From positions 399,767 to 463,766 of the forward strand of contig CAWBSC010000023.1 of assembly GCA_963791285.1 (NCBI GenBank): DNA of 64,000 bases, in the 5' to 3' direction. Each line of letters starts with the position of its first letter. Within the stretch, counting starts at the first letter, position 1. The notes below the pieces were generated by a model. That model ran no database searches. It was given only the letters and a program-made list of their open reading frames with translations, and was not told the origin of the DNA. The position numbers were made by a program, and so were the translations under genes. This DNA comes from an uncultured delta proteobacterium. GTDB lineage: Bacteria; Desulfobacterota; Desulfobacteria; Desulfobacterales; SpSt-501. This document shows, piece by piece, positions 53,682 through 63,564 of this stretch.

Positions 53682-55250
53682 ATGTCGGACACGTACGTAA
53701 AGGAACCGACTCAGGCGTGGGTCACGACCTTCGCCGGAATGGCCATCAATCTCTGCCTCGGAATTCTGTATGCCTGGAGCATGTGGGGGGGGGCGTTGGT
53801 CAGTGAAATGACCCTGTCGGCCGGGGACATCGTCACCCCGAGCAAGGTCATTTCCGCCGCCCAGGCCCAGAAGAACGCCTACGCGGTGCAGCCCGGGGAC
53901 ATCGTGGTCAAACCGGCCAACGCCGTATCCCGGGTCGAGGCACTGAAAGTCAAATTCGGAACCGCTTCGAAGGAAGGATACGCCCTTTTAAGCGAGGTCA
54001 CCCAAAAGGGCGAGGCGCTGAAAGCCGGCGACATCATCACGCACGCCGGCGAGCCGATGTCCGACCCGAAGAACGCGGGGTGGCTATACCTGAACAACGC
54101 CGAAGCCGCCACGCCCTTTTCGCTGTGCGTAATCATGTTCGCCCTGCTGATGATCCCCGGGGGCAAGATCCAGGACCGGATCAGCCCCAAGTTCGGCGCC
54201 ACATTGGGCGGGCTGTTCCTGGCGGCGGGGTGCATCATCGCGGGGCTCATGAAAAGCTATGCCGGACTGATCATCGGATTCGGCATTCTCGGCGGCATGG
54301 GGATGGGGATCGGGTACGCGGCGCCGACCCCGGCCGCGCTCAAGTGGTTCGGGCCCCACCGGCGCGGTCTGATAGCCGGACTGGTCGTGGGGGGATACGG
54401 CGGGGCGGCGCTCTACATCGGCCCGCTGGCGAAATATCTCATCGGCGAATACGGACTCACCCAGAGCTTCGTCATCCTGGGGATCGGCTTTGCCACCATC
54501 GTGATCGTCGCCGGCCAGCTCATCAAGATCCCGCCCCCCGGCTATGTGCCGGCGCCGCCGAGGGTCGCGCAAACCGCCAAGCAGCTGGCGGCCTCGACCA
54601 AGCACAACTGGGAAGCGGGCGAAATGGTCAAGACCTGGCAGTTCTATGCGCTCGTCTTCATGTTCATCCTGACCACGCAGTCCGGCTTGCTGATCATCGC
54701 CAACGCGGCGGGGTTGCTGAGCAAGACCGGCGCAAAGATCCCGTTTTTCGCCGAGAACGCGTGGCTGCTCGTTTCGTTCGGCGGCCTCATCAATGCGTCC
54801 GGCCGCGTGGGCACCGGCTTCTACTCGGACAAGATCGGAAGACAGAACGCCTACTGCCTGAACTGCGGTCTCTCCGCCCTGTGCCTGTTCCTCCTGCCCT
54901 ACATCATTCAGTCCGAGAACATCCTGCTGCTCTTCCTGGCGGTCGGCGTCGCCTACTGGCAGTACGGCGGGGGGTTGGCCCTGATGCCGTCGTTCGTCGG
55001 GGACTTCTTCGGGCCCAAGAACCTGGGCTTCAACTACGGCCTCGTGTTCATCGGCTGGGGCCTCGGCATGTTCATGGCGCGCCTGGGCGGCACCATCAAA
55101 GACCTGACCGGAAGCTTGAACTACGCCTTCTACATTTCCGGCGCGCTGCTGGTCATCAGCGTCGTCCTGGCGCTCGGCACCAAGCGGCCGCTGTGGGAGG
55201 ATTTGAAAGAGCAGGCCAAGTTCAAGGCCAAGGTGGCCAAACCCGCGTGA
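53682..55250 (+). CDS. MFS transporter of the oxalate/formate-antiporter (OFA) type with a ~100-aa hydrophilic insert after TM1
   Basis: 522-aa ORF. TM1 is WVTTFAGMAINLCLGILYAWSMW, followed by a hydrophilic stretch (residues ~42-140) and then 11 more hydrophobic segments. Confidence 0.85.
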   Translation: MSDTYVKEPTQAWVTTFAGMAINLCLGILYAWSMWGGALVSEMTLSAGDIVTPSKVISAAQAQKNAYAVQPGDIVVKPANAVSRVEALKVKFGTASKEGYALLSEVTQKGEALKAGDIITHAGEPMSDPKNAGWLYLNNAEAATPFSLCVIMFALLMIPGGKIQDRISPKFGATLGGLFLAAGCIIAGLMKSYAGLIIGFGILGGMGMGIGYAAPTPAALKWFGPHRRGLIAGLVVGGYGGAALYIGPLAKYLIGEYGLTQSFVILGIGFATIVIVAGQLIKIPPPGYVPAPPRVAQTAKQLAASTKHNWEAGEMVKTWQFYALVFMFILTTQSGLLIIANAAGLLSKTGAKIPFFAENAWLLVSFGGLINASGRVGTGFYSDKIGRQNAYCLNCGLSALCLFLLPYIIQSENILLLFLAVGVAYWQYGGGLALMPSFVGDFFGPKNLGFNYGLVFIGWGLGMFMARLGGTIKDLTGSLNYAFYISGALLVISVVLALGTKRPLWEDLKEQAKFKAKVAKPA

Positions 55251-55440
55251 TCCGAACGCAGCCGAGACGGTGGCGGGCCCGCCGCGTTTACTGCAGCGTG
55301 ACGGCAGCCAAACCGCAGCGGGCTCAGCTGAACAGACCGGGCACCCGGTGCCACGGGATACCCATGATTGCCGGTCGTGTGGCGATTCATACCCGGCCGC
55401 GACCCGCTCCATCGCATATCCACTTCAACAGGAGAGGCCC

Positions 55441-57351
55441 ATGAGCAACGCCTATGACATTGCTTACACCCAATCGATCCAGGACCCCGATGCGTTCTGG
55501 GGCAAGGTCGCCGAGGACTGCCACTGGTACAAGAAGTGGGACAAGGTCCTGGACGACTCGCGCAAGCCCTTTTACCGCTGGTTCACCGGCGGCGAGCTCA
55601 ACACATGCTACAACGCTCTCGACTTGCATGTGGACCGCGGGCGCGGCGGTCAGACCGCCTTGGTCTACGACAGCCCAGTGACCCAGACGGTCAGGACGTT
55701 CACCTACCTGCAACTCCGCGACGAGGTGGCTCGTTTCGCGGGCGCCTTGGCCGCCCGAGGCGTCACCAAGGGCGACCGGGTCATCATCTACATGCCGATG
55801 ATCCCCGAAGCGCTCGTCGCCATCCTGGCCTGCGCCCGGCTGGGCGCCGTGCATTCGGTGGTGTTCGGCGGGTTTGCCCCGCCGGAGCTGGCCGTTCGCA
55901 TCAATGACGCCAAACCCAAATTGATCGTGTCGGCCTCCTGCGGGATCGAGATCAACCGGGTGATCCCCTACAAGCCCCTGCTGGATGCGGCCATCGACAT
56001 CGCCTCGTCCAAGCCCGACGCACTGCATCATCGTCCAGCGGCCGATGCAGAGGGCCGAGATGAAGCCCGGGCGCGACCTCGACTGGAACGAGGTCCTGGA
56101 GAAGGCCAAGCCCCACGACTGCGTGCCGGTGAAGGCCACCGACCCCCTGTACATCCTGTACACCTCCGGCACCACCGGCGTCCCCAAGGGCGTGGTGCGC
56201 GACAACGGCGGCCACGTGGTCGCCCTGAAGTGGACCATGAAGGCCATCTACAACGTGGACGCGGGCGACGTCTTCTGGGCGGCTTCGGACGTGGGCTGGG
56301 TGGTGGGGCATTCCTACATCGTGTACGGGCCCCTCTTCAAAGGCTGCACCACCATCCTCTACGAGGGCAAGCCGGTGGGCACGCCGGATGCGGGTGCGTT
56401 CTGGCGGGTGATCTCGCAGCATAAGGTCAAGTGCCTCTTCACGGCGCCGACGGCGTTCCGCGCCATCAAACGCGAGGACCCGAACGCCCTGTTGATGCAG
56501 ACGTACGACCTCTCCGTGCTTCAAGACGCTGTTCCTGGCCGGCGAGCGCCTGGACCCGGACACCCTGCGCTGGGCACAGAACAGCCTGGGCACGCCGGTG
56601 ATCGACCACTGGTGGCAGACCGAGACCGGTTCGGCCATCGCCGGGAACTGCCTGGGCCTTCACCAGTTCCCAGTCAAGGAAGGCTCCCCGACCAAGGCCG
56701 TGCCCGGCTGGGACCTGGCGGTCCTGGGGCCCGACAAGCAACCGGCCAACACCGAGGAAATCGGCGCTCTGGTGGCCAGGCTACCCATGCCGCCCGGCAC
56801 ACTGCCCACCCTGTGGAACAACGACCAGGGATTCCTGAAGTCCTACCTCGAGGAGTTCCCGGGCTATTACAAGACAGCCGATGCAGGCTTCATCGATAAG
56901 GACGGATACGTCTTCGTGATGTCACGCACCGATGACATCATCAACGTGGCCGGGCACCGGCTTTCCACCGGTGCGATGGAGGAAGTCCTGTCCGACCACA
57001 AGGACGTGGCCGAGTGCGCAGTGCTGGGGGTGGACGATGCCCTGAAGGGCCAGGTGCCCATCGGGTTCATCGTCTTGAAAACCGGGGTGACGCGCAGACC
57101 CCGAAGAGATCGTCAAGGATGTCGTCCAGATGGTGCGGGACCGCATCGGCCCGGTGGCTTCCTTTAAGACGGCCACGGTCGTCAAGCGGCTACCCAAGAC
57201 CCGCTCGGGCAAAATCCTGCGCGGCACGATCCAGAAGATCGCCGACAACAAGGACTGGAAAATGCCGGCCACCATCGACGACCCTGTGGTTCTGGATGAA
57301 ATCAAGCAGGCGCTGGGAAAGGTCGGGTATGCTCAGAGACGGAAACCCTGA
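55441..57351 (+). pseudogene. prpE: Propionate--CoA ligase / acyl-CoA synthetase with three +1 frameshifts (likely sequencing errors)
   Basis: MSNAYDIAYTQSIQDPDAFWGK... The frame order is 1 > 2 > 0 > 1, with switches near 56020, 56520 and 57100 (CCC to CCCC). Motifs: YTSGTTGVPKG, DHWWQTETG, PKTRSGKILR. Confidence 0.85.
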
Positions 57352-57458
57352 AAAGCAGCGACCGACAACAGGCTGATGGCTTTTGAGTGTGGAATGGGGG
57401 TGCGAGCGGTTGCTCCGCCCCCATTTCATTGCGGACCGAGCGGGGTTCCGACGGTGAG

Positions 57459-58641
57459 CTAAACGTACCTGCGCAACGCCTTCTCGAACCCGGGCAACGA
57501 ATTGCGGATGGTGTCGTCGCTCACGCAGAAGGCGATGCGGAAATGACCCGGGCCGTGGAACCCGCTGCCGGGCACGACCAGCACGCGTTCGGCCTTGAGG
57601 GCCTGCACGAACTCCACGTCGTCGGGAATCGGCGCCTGAGGGAACAGGTAAAACGTGCCGGCCGGCTTCACGAACCGGTAGCCCATCGCGGCCAGGCCGT
57701 CGCACAGCAGCTCCCGCTTGCGCCGGTAGGCCCTCGATATCGGCGTGCTCGCCCTGCAGCCGTTCGATCGCGCGCTGCATGAGGGCCGGCGCGTTGACGA
57801 AGCCGAGGATGCGGTTGGCGAGCGCCATGCCCGCGATCAGTTTCTTGCGATGCGCGGCCTGCGGGTTCACGGCTACGAACCCGATGCGCTCGCCCGGGAT
57901 CGAAATGTCCTTGGAGTACGAGGTTGCCAGAACGCTCTCGGGGTAAAACGCAAACAGGCTCGGCACCTCGATCCCGTCGTAGACCACCTTGCGGTAGGGC
58001 TCGTCCGAAATCAGGTAGATGGTGCGGTTGAATTCGCGCTGTTTCTGCCGGAGCAGCTCCCCGAGCGCCTTCAGGCTCTCGGCACCGTACACGGCGCCCG
58101 TCGGATTGTTGGGCGAGTTGATGAGGACGATCTTGGTCCGCGGCCCGATGGCCGCACGCATGGCCTCGAGGTCCAGCTGAAAGTCGGGGCGGCTCGGCAC
58201 CGTGCGGAGGACGCCGCCGTGGTTGTCGGCATAGAAGCCGTACTCGACGAAACAGGGGACCGGGGTCAGCACTTCGTCCCCCGGGTCGAGCAGCGCCTTG
58301 AAGGCGATGTTCAGCGCACCGGCCGCCCCGCAGGTCAGGATGACATCCGACCCTTCCAGGGCGACGCCCTGCTCGCGGCCGACGAAACCGGCCACGGCCG
58401 CGCACGCGCTCGGGTAGCCGGTGTTGGGCATGTAAGCATGCGAGTCGTCACGGCCGGTTGCGACGAGTTCCCGCAGGACCTCCCGGAACCGGGGCGGCGG
58501 CGGCAGGTTGGGGTTCCCGAGGCTGAAGTCGTAGACGTTCTCGGGCCCGTGGATACGCTTGAGCTCGGCGCCCTCCTCGAACATGCGCCGGATCCAGGAG
58601 GACCGGGACAGGGTGTCCTCGATTTTCTTTGCGACCGTCAT
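57459..58641 (-). pseudogene. PLP-dependent (class I, aspartate-type) aminotransferase with one frameshift (likely sequencing error)
   Basis: The N-part is in ORF 57190..58641 (…NSPNNPTGAVY…SYSKDISIPGERIGF…). The C-part is in ORF 57459..57686 (GYRFVKPAGTFYLFP…RIAF). The switch is at GG to GGG near 57729-57733. Confidence 0.85.
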
Positions 58642-58817
58642 GGGGGTGTGCGCTCCTGCATGGGTCAGTCGTTAAAACCGAACGCTGCGCATCTTATCAC
58701 CTCGCCCGTAGACTGGCAATCTCGATCGTCGGGTCATGCGGGTGAGCACGCGTGGAATGGAATTGAAAACGGGCAGGGCCGATGATATGGGAGAGAAAAA
58801 CTCCGAGGAGGCGCTGA

Positions 58818-59096
58818 ATGAGGGGATATCGGGTGATCGGGCTGCTGCTGCTCGTGATACTGCTGGCCGGCTGCGGTACCGCCAGCCGGCTGAACTCCGT
58901 CCAGCTGGGGATGACCAGGGACCAGGTCGTCGGCGTGGCCGGCACGCCCAGCAGCACGAGCGAGATGGGCAACACGCAATATCTGAGGTACCAGTTGATA
59001 AGCGACTGGATCTTCACGGACCGGTACTATGTACGACTGACGGACGGTCGCGTGGACGCGTTCGGGCGGGTCGGGGATTTCAACCTGGGGTTCTGA
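58818..59096 (+). CDS. Small lipoprotein with SmpA/OmlA (BamE-like) domain
   Basis: 92-aa ORF. Lipobox LLAGC. LGMTRDQVVGVAGTP is typical of the BamE-like fold. Confidence 0.7.
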   Translation: MRGYRVIGLLLLVILLAGCGTASRLNSVQLGMTRDQVVGVAGTPSSTSEMGNTQYLRYQLISDWIFTDRYYVRLTDGRVDAFGRVGDFNLGF

Positions 59097-59115
59097 CCGG
59101 GTCGCGGTCGGCTGA

Positions 59116-59895
59116 TCATGCCTTCAGGCCGGCGTAGCCCAGGACCCGCTTCACGTACTGGCGGGTTTCCGCGAAGGGGACATTGCCGTTGTACTGCTCG
59201 ACCGCCCCGGGGCCGGCGTTGTAGGCCTGCAGCGCCAGCTTGACGTCCCCATTGAAGCGGTCCAGCATCTGGCGCAGGTAGCGGGTCCCGCCGTCGACGT
59301 TCTGCCGGACGTCGAAGGCGTTGGTGACCCCGAGGTCTTTGGCGGTCTCGGGCATCAGCTGCATCAATCCCATCGCCCCGGCGGAGGAGACGGCGGTTGG
59401 CTGAAAATTGGACTCGGCGCGGATGACGCTGCGGACCAAGTCGGGGGAGAGGCTGTACTTGGCGGCTGCCTGCCGGATCGCGGTTTCGACTGCGCCGCTC
59501 GAGGCGGCCTCGGCCGGGACGTTCGACCCGACGGAACGGCTGCGCGCGGTGCGGCGCAGCGCCTGGGCTTCCGCGGCCGGCGTCACGGCCTTCGCCGCGA
59601 CCGGGGTCCCGGACGCCTGGGCCGGTGCGGCCTGGGCGCTCGCGATCGACGCGGCGTCGGCTGCCGTGACCGCCGCCCGGGGGGCCTGCACGTTGCCGAC
59701 CGGCCGTTTCAGGTACTCCGCGACCTTCAGACCGGCCGCGGCCGGCGCGCCTGTCTCCCCGGTTTTCTCGGCCTTCAGCATCTCCTCGAACGTGCCGAAC
59801 CGACGACGGGCGGCCGTCCCCACCCGCGCCCCGGCGGCGGCCGAGTGTCGGGGCTCGAGGTAGTCGCGCACGGTGAACGTTTTTTCCAGTGCCAT
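59116..59895 (-). CDS. Lytic transglycosylase (SLT domain)
   Basis: ORF 59116..59994. The start is taken at ATG 59895 (GGGAGG upstream). Motif: AESNFQPTAVSSAGAMGLMQLMPETA. Confidence 0.85.
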   Translation of the reverse strand: MALEKTFTVRDYLEPRHSAAAGARVGTAARRRFGTFEEMLKAEKTGETGAPAAAGLKVAEYLKRPVGNVQAPRAAVTAADAASIASAQAAPAQASGTPVAAKAVTPAAEAQALRRTARSRSVGSNVPAEAASSGAVETAIRQAAAKYSLSPDLVRSVIRAESNFQPTAVSSAGAMGLMQLMPETAKDLGVTNAFDVRQNVDGGTRYLRQMLDRFNGDVKLALQAYNAGPGAVEQYNGNVPFAETRQYVKRVLGYAGLKA

Positions 59896-60174
59896 CCGGG
59901 CCTCCCGTGGGAATTCGCTCCCCGTATTAAAGCAAAGAGCATTCCACTCTCCCCCGGCACGGGCAGATGATTTGTCAACCGCCTGTAAAAACAAATGATT
60001 TGACTAGTCCGGCCGCCGCGTCCACCGGAAGCGACGCGGCGGAGGTCGGCAAAATCGTCCCGGGCGACCAATATCTTGGCGCCTCGGCCGACGCCGAACC
60101 GCGGGCGGGCGGTGCACACGCCGAAACAAGAAGACCGGTCCGGACCAAGACCATCCCGAAAGGAGATACGTCAC

Positions 60175-61518
60175 GTGACTACCGAAAACGCGGGCCTGCG
60201 CCGGGACGCCCTGTCCATTTTCCAGGCTGCGCTGACGGCCGTCGACCCCGAGGAGGCCGTGCGCCGTTTCGTACGGCTCGAACGCCAGACCCTGCGGGTC
60301 GACGGCGAGGCCATCGACCTCTCCGCCTGCGAGAACATCTGGGTGGTGGGGGCCGGCAAGGCCGTGGCGCCGATGGCCAAAGCGCTGGAAGACCTGCTCG
60401 GCGAGCGCATCTCCGGCGGGGTGCTGGTGGTCAAGGACGGGCACGGCCTGCCGCTCAAACGCGTCCGGATCTGCGAGGCGAGCCACCCGGTGCCGGACGA
60501 ACGCGGCGTGCAGGGCACGCTCGAGATCCTCGATCTGCTCTCCGGCGCCGGCGAGCGCGATCTGGTGATCTGCCTCATCAGCGGCGGCGGCTCGGCCCTG
60601 CTGATCGCGCCCTCGGAGGGAATCGACCTGGCCGACAAGCAGGCCACGACCCGCAGCCTGCTCGCCTGCGGCGCGACGATTCACGAGATCAACACCATCC
60701 GCAAGCACCTGTCGCGCGCCAAGGGCGGCCGGCTGGCCGAGGCCGCCTACCCGGCCCGGGTCGTGAGCCTCATCCTCTCGGACGTGGTCGGCGACGATCT
60801 GGACGTCATCGGCTCCGGCCCGACGGTTCCGGACCGCAGCACCTACCGGGACACGCTGGAAATCCTCACGCGCTACGAGATCTGGGAGCGGATCCCGGCG
60901 GCGGTACGCGCGCGCGTGGTCGCAGGGGTCGAGGGGCGCCTGCCCGAGAGCCCCAAGCCGGGTGCACCGGCCTTCGCGCGCTGCTCCCAGGTGCTGGTGG
61001 GCTCCTGCCTGCGCGCGCTCGCCGCGGCCTCCGAGAAGGCCGTCCAGCTCGGCTACCGCAGCCTGGTCCTTTCCTCCAAGGCGGAGGGCGAGGCGCGCGA
61101 GGTGGCCAAGGCCTTTGCATCGATCGGCAAGGAAATCCGTTCCTCCGGCCTGCCCCTGGCCCCGCCCGCCTGTGTGCTGATCGGCGGCGAGACGACCGTC
61201 ACCCTGCAAGGGGACGGCCGCGGCGGACGCAACCAGGAGTTCGTGCTGGCGGGCGCACTCGCGCTGGATGGTCTGGACGGCATCGTGCTGCTTGCGGCCG
61301 GAACCGACGGCACCGACGGGCCGACCGATGCCGCCGGTGCGGTTGCGGACGGGCGCACCTGCGCGGCTGCCCGCGCACTGGGGCTGGACCCGCACGCCTT
61401 TCTCAAGCGCAACGACTCCTACGCCTTTTTCAAGGGGCTCGGCGACCTGATCGTCACCGGCCCCACGCGCACGAACGTGATGGACGTCTACCTGCTGCTC
61501 GTCGGGCCCGCCGCCTGA
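60175..61518 (+). CDS. Glycerate 2-kinase / hydroxypyruvate reductase-like protein (DUF4147 + MOFRL)
   Basis: ORF 60076..61518. The start is taken at GTG 60175 (AAGGAG 9 nt upstream). Motifs: VVGAGKAVAPMA, LISGGGSALL, GTDGTDGPTDAAGA. Confidence 0.85.
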   Translation: MTTENAGLRRDALSIFQAALTAVDPEEAVRRFVRLERQTLRVDGEAIDLSACENIWVVGAGKAVAPMAKALEDLLGERISGGVLVVKDGHGLPLKRVRICEASHPVPDERGVQGTLEILDLLSGAGERDLVICLISGGGSALLIAPSEGIDLADKQATTRSLLACGATIHEINTIRKHLSRAKGGRLAEAAYPARVVSLILSDVVGDDLDVIGSGPTVPDRSTYRDTLEILTRYEIWERIPAAVRARVVAGVEGRLPESPKPGAPAFARCSQVLVGSCLRALAAASEKAVQLGYRSLVLSSKAEGEAREVAKAFASIGKEIRSSGLPLAPPACVLIGGETTVTLQGDGRGGRNQEFVLAGALALDGLDGIVLLAAGTDGTDGPTDAAGAVADGRTCAAARALGLDPHAFLKRNDSYAFFKGLGDLIVTGPTRTNVMDVYLLLVGPAA

Positions 61519-61543
61519 GCGGACGACGGCGCACAAGGCGGTA

Positions 61544-62485
61544 ATGACCGGCAACTTCCGACGAACGCTGCGGGTAATGGCGCTGGCGCTCGCCGGGCTG
61601 GCGGCGGGCTGTGCGGCGCTGCACCGCCCGGCCTGGCCCCCGGCCGTGGCGACGCTCCCGCAGCGGAGCGAGATCGCGACCGTGCCCTTCTTCGCCCAGG
61701 CGGAGTACCAGTGCGGCCCGGCGGCCATGGCCATGGCGATCGGCCGCAGCGGCCTGCACGTAACCCCGGCGGAGCTGACCGAAAAAGTCTACACGGCCTC
61801 GCTGCGCGGCAGCCTGCAGCCGGCGCTGGTCGCGGCCGCGCGGCGCCTCGGGCGGGTCGCCTACGTCATCTCCACCCCGGACGCGCTCTTCCGGGAGATG
61901 GCCGCGGGATACCCGGTCATCGTGCTGCAGAACCTCGGCCTGTCGTGGGTCCCGGTCTGGCACTATGCGGTCGCGATCGGCTACGACATCCCGGCCGGCA
62001 AGATCGTCCTGCACTCGGGGCTGGAGGAAGGCCTGCGCCTCGACTGGGGCGTGTTCGCGGCCACCTGGGCGCGCGCGGACGACTGGGGGCTGCTGGTGCT
62101 GCGGCCGGAGGAGATGCCGGCCACGGCGGAGGAGACGATGTACGTGGAGGCAGTGGCCGGGGTCGAACGCGCCGGCAGCCGGGAGGCGGCGGTCGTGGGC
62201 TACGAAACCGCCCTCTCCCGCTGGCCGGACAACCTCACGGCGCTGATGGGGCTGGGGAACAGCCGCTATGCTCTGGGGGACATGGTCGCGGCGGAAGCGG
62301 TCTTCCGCCGCGCCACCGCGGCGCACCCCGGGGCGGGCGCGGCGTGGAACAACCTCGCGGACACCCTGCTGCGGCTCGGGCGCAAGGCGGATGCGCTGGA
62401 AGCGGCCGCCACCGCGATAAAGCTGGGCGGGCCGCTCGCGGCGACGTTTCAAAAAACCCTTGACGAGATCCGGTCCACCCCCTGA
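61544..62485 (+). CDS. Lipoprotein with papain-like/C39-type cysteine peptidase domain and C-terminal TPRs
   Basis: 313-aa ORF. Signal plus lipobox LAGLAAGC. YQCGPAAMAMAI around the putative catalytic Cys. TPRs at the C-terminus. Confidence 0.75.
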   Translation: MTGNFRRTLRVMALALAGLAAGCAALHRPAWPPAVATLPQRSEIATVPFFAQAEYQCGPAAMAMAIGRSGLHVTPAELTEKVYTASLRGSLQPALVAAARRLGRVAYVISTPDALFREMAAGYPVIVLQNLGLSWVPVWHYAVAIGYDIPAGKIVLHSGLEEGLRLDWGVFAATWARADDWGLLVLRPEEMPATAEETMYVEAVAGVERAGSREAAVVGYETALSRWPDNLTALMGLGNSRYALGDMVAAEAVFRRATAAHPGAGAAWNNLADTLLRLGRKADALEAAATAIKLGGPLAATFQKTLDEIRSTP

Positions 62486-62501
62486 ACACCCCCGGGTTCG
62501 A

Positions 62502-63419
62502 TCAACCGACCGGGACGATCCAGTCCGAAAAATCAGCGTTCGCGCCCGACGTGATCCCGCTCAGGATTCCGGCCAGGCGCACCTGCATCGGACCGGGCAC
62601 GGGCGCGAGCTCGCGGTGCTCGATCCGGCGCACGGGAATCACCTTGAACGGGGTGTTGCCGAAAAAGATCTCCTCGGCCTCGAACAGCAGCGCCGGCGTG
62701 TAGCGCCCCTCCTCGCAGGGAATGTCGAAGCGGCGGCAGATCTCCAGGATCGAGCGCCGGGTGATGCTGTCGAGCACGGTCCCCAAGCCCGGAGTCATGA
62801 CGCGGCCGCCCCGGACCATGAAGACCGACTCCGTCCCGCCCTCCGCGATGAATCCCTCGCTGTCGAGCATGATGGCCTCCTCGAACCCCCGCTGCTGCAC
62901 GTCCAGCTTGGCGACCATCCCGTTCAAGTAGTTGGCGGCCGCCTTGGCGGCCACCGGCACGGTGCGGGGATCCAGCTTGCGCCAGGCGGCGATCCCGGCC
63001 GTGGTGCCCGCCCCGAGCCCCGCACCCGAAAGGCCCAGGTCGGCCGCAGGGTCGAGCGCGAAGACCGCGAGGTCCAGCCGCCGCTGCGGTGGCTGGATGT
63101 CGAGAGCGAGCTGCGGGTAGTACCCGACCATCTTGACGACCCCCTGCTCCAGGCGGTTGGCGCGCACGGCCTCCGCGACGGCCGCGCACAGCTCCGCGTG
63201 TCCGCCCGGCAATTCCATGTGCAGGAGCTCGGCCGAGCGGCGCAGGCGCGCGATGTGGTCGTTCAACCGGAAGACGGCCGGCCCGGCCGGGGTCCGGTAG
63301 AAGCTGATGACCTCGAAGATGGTCGACCCGCGCGCGAAGCTGTGCGACATCATGTGTACCGACGCCTCGTTCCACTTCACCAGATTTCCGTTGATCCAGA
63401 CGAGCCGTTCATCGAGCAT
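62502..63419 (-). CDS. Class IV aminotransferase (branched-chain amino acid aminotransferase-like)
   Basis: 305-aa ORF. FARGSTIFEVISFY, NYLNGMVAKL and GITRRSIL-type (DSITRRSIL) motifs. Confidence 0.85.
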   Translation of the reverse strand: MLDERLVWINGNLVKWNEASVHMMSHSFARGSTIFEVISFYRTPAGPAVFRLNDHIARLRRSAELLHMELPGGHAELCAAVAEAVRANRLEQGVVKMVGYYPQLALDIQPPQRRLDLAVFALDPAADLGLSGAGLGAGTTAGIAAWRKLDPRTVPVAAKAAANYLNGMVAKLDVQQRGFEEAIMLDSEGFIAEGGTESVFMVRGGRVMTPGLGTVLDSITRRSILEICRRFDIPCEEGRYTPALLFEAEEIFFGNTPFKVIPVRRIEHRELAPVPGPMQVRLAGILSGITSGANADFSDWIVPVG

Positions 63420-63442
63420 GGGGGGTCCTTAAAGAGTGAGTG

Positions 63443-63564
63443 TTTGGGTATTTGGGTATTTGGGTATTTGGGTGTTCGGTGTTCGGCAATTGGAAAGTGT
63501 CAGGTTTCAGGTGATAGGTTTTAAGCGCATTGCCCTTAACTCGTAACCTGTAACTCGTAACTCA
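63443..63564. repeat. Cluster of short tandem repeats (8-mer and 7-mers) in the GNAT-ilvE intergenic space
   Basis: TTTGGGTA x3.75 (63443-63474), TTCGGTG x2, CAGGTTT/CAGGTGA/TAGGTTT (63501-63521), and TAACTCG/TAACCTG/TAACTCG/TAACTCA (63537-63564). Confidence 0.8.

Noticed and set aside
60004-61734. 576-aa minus-strand and 525-aa plus-strand alternative-frame ORFs over the glycerate kinase gene
   Set aside because: Only the 60175..61518 frame carries MOFRL/DUF4147 motifs. The others are Arg/Gly/Pro-rich.
63443-63564. Possible CRISPR array
   Set aside because: The repeat units are only 7-8 bp and contiguous, with no spacers. No cas genes are present.
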